A stretch of DNA of 64,000 bases from Bacteriovoracaceae bacterium. Lineage in GTDB: Bacteria > Bdellovibrionota > Bacteriovoracia > Bacteriovoracales > Bacteriovoracaceae. A program made the position numbers and the translations under genes. The stretch lies in assembly GCA_036171615.1 (NCBI GenBank), contig JAVHRK010000153.1:8758-72757 (forward strand), written 5' to 3'. How positions within the stretch are numbered: position 1 is the stretch's first letter; each line of letters opens with the position of its first letter. The notes beneath the pieces were generated by a model. It did not search any database and was not told the DNA's origin. It was given only the letters and a program-made list of their open reading frames with translations. Positions 58,420-64,000 of this stretch are shown in pieces.

Positions 58420-59730
58420 ATGGCTTTAACTAAAATTCCCTATCGTGGTACTAGAGATTTTTTTCCAAAAGATAAACGAATACGTGATTATATTTTTCAA
58501 ATAATGACTAAAACCGCTGAAAGTTTTGGCTATGAATCTTATGATGGGCCATTATTAGAGGAAGTAGATCTCTATAAAGCCAAATCAGGTGAGGAATTAA
58601 TTAACGAACAAATTTATTCTTTCACTGATCGAGGTGAAAGATTTGTGGCGATTAGACCAGAAATGACTCCAACATTAGCTCGCATGGTCTCACAAGTTCA
58701 TCGGGAAACGGCAAAACCAATCCGCTGGTTTTCAATTCCAAACTTAATGAGATATGAAAAACCCCAAAGGGGAAGAGTACGTGAACATTGGCAATTTAAT
58801 TGTGATGTTTTTGGCGCCCCTGGTAGATTAGGTGAATTAGAAATTATCCAAATCGCTGTAGAGTTATTTGAAAACTTTGGAGCAAATAATTCACATTTTG
58901 AAATCCTTATTAATGATCGCGCCATTGTTGACGCTGTTTTTAAAACACTTATGAATGTTTCTTCCGATGTGGCATATAGACTTTATAAAATCCTAGATAA
59001 AGCAAAAAAAGTAAATCATGAGGCCGTTCAAAAGATGGTTGGAGAACTTAATCTAGACTCAAAAATTGAAAATATTTTTTATGCATATTTAAAATTACAA
59101 TCTTTTGAAGACGTTACTGCTTTTTTAAAAATTCATCGTTTGGATGAAGCCGCTGATCTATTTTCAAATTTTACTGAGTTAGTTAGGAGTGCTGGTCTTA
59201 TCTCTTATCTAAAATACGATCCAACAATTGTTCGAGGATTAGATTATTACACAGGAATTGTCTTTGAAATATTTGATAAACATCCTGACAATAGACGTGC
59301 TCTCTGTGGAGGAGGCGCTTATGCTAATCTCTTACAAATTTTTAATGAAGACCCACTAGGTGGTGTAGGCCTCGGGCTTGGTGATGTTACTCTTCGTGAT
59401 TTCCTCGAAGTTCATAATCTCTTACCAAACTTTGACTTACAAACTAATGATGTTTTTCTAACCTTTCAGGAAGATACTGGTCTTGCACCAACGCTACATC
59501 TTGCTAAATTTTTACGAAAACAAAATTTGCAAGTATTAACTTCACTTGAATCCCTAAAGCTAAAAAAAGTATTTCCTATTGCTGAAAAGAAAGGAGCAAA
59601 CTTTGTGGTCCTCATGGGTGTTGAAGAAATTAATGATAAAAAAATTCAATTAAAAAATTTAAAAACAAAAGAGCAAATCAGCTTAGATCTAACTGATCTC
59701 GAATCAATTATTAAAATTATTAAGGCTTAA
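58420..59730 (+). CDS. hisS: Histidine--tRNA ligase
   Basis: RGTRDF, IRPEMTP, RYEKPQRGRVREHWQ, IVRGLDYYTG and GGGAY; start moved to ATG 58420. Confidence 0.96.
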   Translation: MALTKIPYRGTRDFFPKDKRIRDYIFQIMTKTAESFGYESYDGPLLEEVDLYKAKSGEELINEQIYSFTDRGERFVAIRPEMTPTLARMVSQVHRETAKPIRWFSIPNLMRYEKPQRGRVREHWQFNCDVFGAPGRLGELEIIQIAVELFENFGANNSHFEILINDRAIVDAVFKTLMNVSSDVAYRLYKILDKAKKVNHEAVQKMVGELNLDSKIENIFYAYLKLQSFEDVTAFLKIHRLDEAADLFSNFTELVRSAGLISYLKYDPTIVRGLDYYTGIVFEIFDKHPDNRRALCGGGAYANLLQIFNEDPLGGVGLGLGDVTLRDFLEVHNLLPNFDLQTNDVFLTFQEDTGLAPTLHLAKFLRKQNLQVLTSLESLKLKKVFPIAEKKGANFVVLMGVEEINDKKIQLKNLKTKEQISLDLTDLESIIKIIKA

Positions 59731-59733
59731 ACT

Positions 59734-62400
59734 ATGACAACAGGAACAGAACTTCCAACTACCTATTCATCAAAAGAAGCTGAATCAAAATGGTATAAAA
59801 TTTGGGAAGAGGGCAAATATTTTAAACCAAAAAAAGGAAAACAAAATAAGGCATTTTCTATTATTGTTCCGCCTCCAAATGTAACAGGCAAACTACATGC
59901 AGGTCATGCACTAGATATTACTACCCAAGATACAATTATTCGTTTTAAAAGAATGAAAGGTTTTGAAACTCTCCTGTTACCAGGTTTAGATCACGCAGGA
60001 ATTGCTACTCAGTCAGTTGTAGAAAAAATGATCTGGGAAACGGAAAAAAAGAATCGAAATGACTACGGAAGAACAGAATTTGTAAAAAAAATCTGGAGCT
60101 GGAAAGAAGAATATGGAAATGTAATCCTTGATCAACAAAGGGCCATGGGTACTTCTTGCGATTGGGACTATCTTACTTTTACACTTGATCCAATTCCTAA
60201 CCTTGCAGTCAAAAAATTTTTCGTTGATCTTTATAATGAAAAACTTATTTATCAAAGTGATTATATTGTAAACTGGGACCCTTCACTTCAATCGGCAATA
60301 TCTGAAGCCGAAGTTGAACATAAAGACGTTCAAGGTGCTTTTTATCATATTAATTATCAAATCAAAGATAGTGATGAAGTATTAGAAGTGGCCACAACGC
60401 GACCTGAGACGCTACTTGGGGACACAGCTGTTGCTGTAAACCCAAATGATGAACGTTTTAAACATCTCATAGGGAAAGTTGCAATTGTCCCTCTCTGTAA
60501 TCGAGAAGTACCAATAATTGGCGATGAACATGTTGATTTAGAAAAAGGGACAGGATGTCTTAAAGTTACTCCAGGCCATGATTTTAACGATTTTGAGATT
60601 GGGAAAAGACATAATCTTCCAATTATTAATATTCTTAATCTAGACGGTACACTTAATCATCATTGTCTTGAGTGGCAAGGCATGAGTTGCAAAGAAGCAC
60701 GTAAAAAAATTGCAAAACACTTAGAAGAATTAGGAATTTTAATAGACACCAAAGTTCATATGCACCCAGTAGGACATGGTGAAAGATCTGGCGTTATTAT
60801 TGAACCGATGATTTCAAAACAATGGTTTGTTAATGTTCAGGCGATGAGTAAAAATGCTGTTGAAATGGTGGAAAATGAAACTACTAAATTTTTTCCTAAA
60901 GAATGGGAAAATACTTATTTTGCATGGCTGAGAAATCCCAAAGACTGGTGTATTTCACGTCAATTATGGTGGGGACATCAAATACCAGTATTTTATTGTA
61001 AAGATTGCAACCATCAATGGGCCAGTGAGATAAATGAATCTCAATGTTCAAAATGTTTATCCAAAAATATTTTTCAAGACCCAGATGTTTTAGACACATG
61101 GTTTTCTTCAGGTCTATGGCCACTCTCCACTCTTGGTTGGCCTAACAAAGAAGCGATGATCGAAAAAAAGTTTGATACATTTTTTCCGAATTCAGTTTTA
61201 ATAACCGGGTTTGATATTATTTTTTTCTGGGTTGCGCGAATGATGATGATGTCTTTAAAAACTCATAATCAGGTTCCTTTTGAACACGTCTATATTCATG
61301 CAATTGTACGAGATAAATTAGGCCGCAAAATGAGTAAGTCTCTCGGAAATGGAATTGATCCATTTGAGATGATTGAAGAATATGGAACAGATGCATTTCG
61401 TTTTGCTCTGGCCTCAGGTGCAGGATATAATCGAAGTATAAACTTGGATCCAGATCGCATTGCAGGTTATAGAAATTTTATCAATAAAATCTGGAATGCA
61501 TTTCGTTTTATCTACCCTCATTTAAATGCAGGTAGTGCTATAATTACAGATATACAAGGACTAGATCATCATGAGCGTTGGATCTTGTCAGAACTAAATA
61601 CAATATCGAAACAAATGAATCACTCGCTTGAACTGTATCGTTATGATGATGCGTGTTCTGCTATCTATACATTTGTTTATGATAAATATTGTTCTTGGTT
61701 TATTGAATTGTCGAAAAATATTTTAAATGGTGAAGACGCTCTTAAGAAATCTCGTAGAATATCTGTTTTAAAATTTATTTTTAAAAAGATTTTGGCCTTA
61801 CTACATCCCATCACTCCTTTTATCACCGAAGAATTATGGTCATATTTAAAAGAAGAAGATGAAGGCCTTTTAATTATTCAAGATTATCCTGAATATGAAG
61901 CTGCATGGGATTTTACAACTGACCAAGACCAAATGAATAAATTTATTGAAGTTGTAACAGCGATTAGAAATCTTCGACAAAGTGTAAATATTAAACCAAA
62001 AGATGAAGTAAAAGTGGAAATATTTTCAGACAACCATGAACTCGTAGTTTATTTTAGAAATAATGCCATTAATTTTCAAGAACTAGCACGTGTAACAGAT
62101 TTAAAAATTGGTGGTAAAGAATTAACCAGACCTGCTAAATCTATAATGAGTGCAACTGCATACGCGGAAATTTTTCTTCCACTTGAAGGTGTAATTGATC
62201 TCGATGATCAAATTAAACGTATAGAAAAAGAATTATCTAAATTAGTTGCTGACCATGCCAAGGTCGAATCAAAAATTAGAAATGAAAATTTCATGAAAAA
62301 TGCCCCAGAAGAAGTGAGAATTGAAGTTATGAACAAGGATAATGGTTTTCGAGAAAAAATTGGTTCTCTGAAAAGTAATTTAGTTCAATTTAAAAGCTAA
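59734..62400 (+). CDS. valS: Valine--tRNA ligase
   Basis: PPPNVTGKLHAGHA (HIGH), ATTRPET, DWCISRQLWWGH, KMSKS and C-terminal coiled coil. Confidence 0.98.
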   Translation: MTTGTELPTTYSSKEAESKWYKIWEEGKYFKPKKGKQNKAFSIIVPPPNVTGKLHAGHALDITTQDTIIRFKRMKGFETLLLPGLDHAGIATQSVVEKMIWETEKKNRNDYGRTEFVKKIWSWKEEYGNVILDQQRAMGTSCDWDYLTFTLDPIPNLAVKKFFVDLYNEKLIYQSDYIVNWDPSLQSAISEAEVEHKDVQGAFYHINYQIKDSDEVLEVATTRPETLLGDTAVAVNPNDERFKHLIGKVAIVPLCNREVPIIGDEHVDLEKGTGCLKVTPGHDFNDFEIGKRHNLPIINILNLDGTLNHHCLEWQGMSCKEARKKIAKHLEELGILIDTKVHMHPVGHGERSGVIIEPMISKQWFVNVQAMSKNAVEMVENETTKFFPKEWENTYFAWLRNPKDWCISRQLWWGHQIPVFYCKDCNHQWASEINESQCSKCLSKNIFQDPDVLDTWFSSGLWPLSTLGWPNKEAMIEKKFDTFFPNSVLITGFDIIFFWVARMMMMSLKTHNQVPFEHVYIHAIVRDKLGRKMSKSLGNGIDPFEMIEEYGTDAFRFALASGAGYNRSINLDPDRIAGYRNFINKIWNAFRFIYPHLNAGSAIITDIQGLDHHERWILSELNTISKQMNHSLELYRYDDACSAIYTFVYDKYCSWFIELSKNILNGEDALKKSRRISVLKFIFKKILALLHPITPFITEELWSYLKEEDEGLLIIQDYPEYEAAWDFTTDQDQMNKFIEVVTAIRNLRQSVNIKPKDEVKVEIFSDNHELVVYFRNNAINFQELARVTDLKIGGKELTRPAKSIMSATAYAEIFLPLEGVIDLDDQIKRIEKELSKLVADHAKVESKIRNENFMKNAPEEVRIEVMNKDNGFREKIGSLKSNLVQFKS

Positions 62401-62512
62401 GAGCTATGCTATATGCACTAATTCTCGCAACTTGTACGTGCCTTTATTGAAATATATTACTCAAGTATTCCCCTATACTTTCCGAGAAGTCATATCAGAG
62501 TATGGGAGTTTT

Positions 62513-62914
62513 ATGAATCAAAAGCCTGACATTATAATTATTGATGATGATCCAGCAGTAACTGAATTAATTGGATCATACTTGCAGGAGCTAGATTTAG
62601 TCGTAAATATATATAACGACCCAGTACATGCACTAGAAATGACAATTCAATATAAACCTAGTGTCGTTTTTCTAGATCTGCAAATGGCCGGACTTAGAGG
62701 TGATCAGATTATTGTTAAATTAAGTGAAAAATATATATTTCAAACAACTACACTTTTTTTATTAACTGATGTTCTTCTAAGTGATTTTGAACATATGAAA
62801 CTTATGACATTAGGTTTTACCCATATTATCAATAAACCAGTTCATGATTGGGAAATCTTTAATGCCATTGAAAGTGTACTAGGCGTGGTTCGTTTAAGAA
62901 CAAAAGCTGCATAA
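62513..62914 (+). CDS. Single-domain (CheY-like) response regulator
   Basis: IIDDD, FLDLQM (phospho-Asp), LLT and NKP; GGGAG RBS supports ATG 62513. Confidence 0.85.
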   Translation: MNQKPDIIIIDDDPAVTELIGSYLQELDLVVNIYNDPVHALEMTIQYKPSVVFLDLQMAGLRGDQIIVKLSEKYIFQTTTLFLLTDVLLSDFEHMKLMTLGFTHIINKPVHDWEIFNAIESVLGVVRLRTKAA

Positions 62915-62919
62915 TTTGT

Positions 62920-62945
62920 AAAAAAAAAGGCCCCATGCGGAGCCT
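62920..62945 (-). terminator. Intrinsic terminator after tig
   Basis: Minus strand AGGCTCC-GCAT-GGGGCCT followed by a U-tract. Confidence 0.8.
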
Positions 62946-62959
62946 CATTTTTAAATTAT

Positions 62960-64000
62960 CTATGATAGTTTAATTTTCTTTTTTAATTCTTCAAAAGTTT
63001 TTTCTTCTCTAATAGCATACATCATATTGCTTTTAACTTGTGCATTTGATGAATAATATTTTTTAACAGTTTCAACATCTATCCCCGCTGTCTTTGCACT
63101 TTCTTCAATTTTTTTATCAAAATCACTATCAGAAGTTTCAATTTTAAACTCTTGAGCTAAATGATCTAGCACTAATCCAGATCTAACTTGAAATTCAGCT
63201 TTCGTGTTAATATCAGCATGCCATTTTGTAAAGTATTCCATCATCATACTGTCACTGAAGCCTTGAGATTTTAAATTTTTAGCAAGATCATCTTTTACAT
63301 GCTTCTCTTGATTCTCAATAAGTGCGCCTGGGACATCAAATTTATTTTCTTTTACTATTTTTTCCAAAATTTCTTGATGTAATTTTTCACTTGCTTGTCT
63401 TTCTTTTTGAGCAAGTAAAGTTACTTTATTTTTTTCATTGAAATCTGCAACTGATGTATAGCCGAATTCAACAGACATTTCATCTGTTAATGCAGGGTAA
63501 TTTTTTTCTTTAATTTCTAGTAACTCAACTTCGAAATTTACTTTAGCATTTTGAAGTTCAGTTGCATGATAATCAGCAGGAAAAGTAAGAACAATATTTT
63601 TCTTTTCTGCTTTTTTTAAACCCAACATTCCATCTTCAAAACCTGGAATAAATTGTCCAGATCCAATTTCTAAAAGGTATTCAGAACCTTTCATGTTTTC
63701 TGGTCTCTCTCCATTGGCCATTACGCCTTCAAAGTTAAAAACAGCAAAGTGACCTTTTTTAAGTGCTACGGACGTATCTTTAACTTCCGTCATTTCAACT
63801 TTAGATCCCATATAATTTTTTACTAATTTATCTAAATCATCTGCTGTAACTTCTACTTTTTCTTTTTTAAATGCATAACCCGAATAATCATTTAATTTTA
63901 ATTCTGGAAATGTTTCAATCACTGCTTCAAAGCTAACACTTTTACCGTTGTCGTATTTAACATTTTCGAAAACTGGGTAACCAACTGTTTTAAGTTTTTC
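62960..64000 (-). CDS. tig: Trigger factor (5' end lies beyond the window)
   Basis: FKBP-type GSGQFIPGFEDG and FPADYH, then the SurA-like C-terminus; the frame stays open to position 64000. Confidence 0.95.
   Translation of the reverse strand, partial: EKLKTVGYPVFENVKYDNGKSVSFEAVIETFPELKLNDYSGYAFKKEKVEVTADDLDKLVKNYMGSKVEMTEVKDTSVALKKGHFAVFNFEGVMANGERPENMKGSEYLLEIGSGQFIPGFEDGMLGLKKAEKKNIVLTFPADYHATELQNAKVNFEVELLEIKEKNYPALTDEMSVEFGYTSVADFNEKNKVTLLAQKERQASEKLHQEILEKIVKENKFDVPGALIENQEKHVKDDLAKNLKSQGFSDSMMMEYFTKWHADINTKAEFQVRSGLVLDHLAQEFKIETSDSDFDKKIEESAKTAGIDVETVKKYYSSNAQVKSNMMYAIREEKTFEELKKKIKLS

Overview
AT-rich (roughly one-third G+C, judged by eye), very densely packed bacterial chromosome segment. 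The gene content points to a Bacteriovorax/Halobacteriovorax-like predator of the Bdellovibrionota (inference): a Glt-type gliding-motility gene block and many exported proteins I cannot assign. Most of the window is housekeeping: trmB-dnaG-rpoD, a SWIM/SNF2 helicase, ung, metF-metH, psd, an HtrA protease, a B12-type TonB receptor with ABC importer, a Yej/Opp peptide ABC transporter, groES-groEL, polA, trxA, gmhA, addAB, hslO, an Fe-S oxidoreductase, hisS, valS and a 5'-truncated tig. I saw no rRNA, tRNA, CRISPR array, IS element, integrase or prophage gene. The most striking module is at 29.5-30.9 kb. A sigma54-type promoter precedes a small secreted protein with a TIMP/NTR-like sequence pattern, followed by a matrixin (MMP-like) zinc protease with a C-terminal anchor motif. 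The protease leader carries two consensus CsrA-type CANGGANG hairpins, one over its ribosome-binding site. Other points of note: a second sigma54 promoter ahead of an unknown HTH gene pair, a minimal MetE-like enzyme in the metFH operon, an AddAB with a 4-Cys Fe-S motif in both subunits, a possible GltD-GltE fusion, a peptide-arginase-family gene coupled to ung, and a peptidase E gene whose catalytic segment is deleted in frame. Several starts were moved from the ORF track to the codon best supported by an RBS or gene overlap. No searches or computations were run; family assignments come from motifs read by eye.
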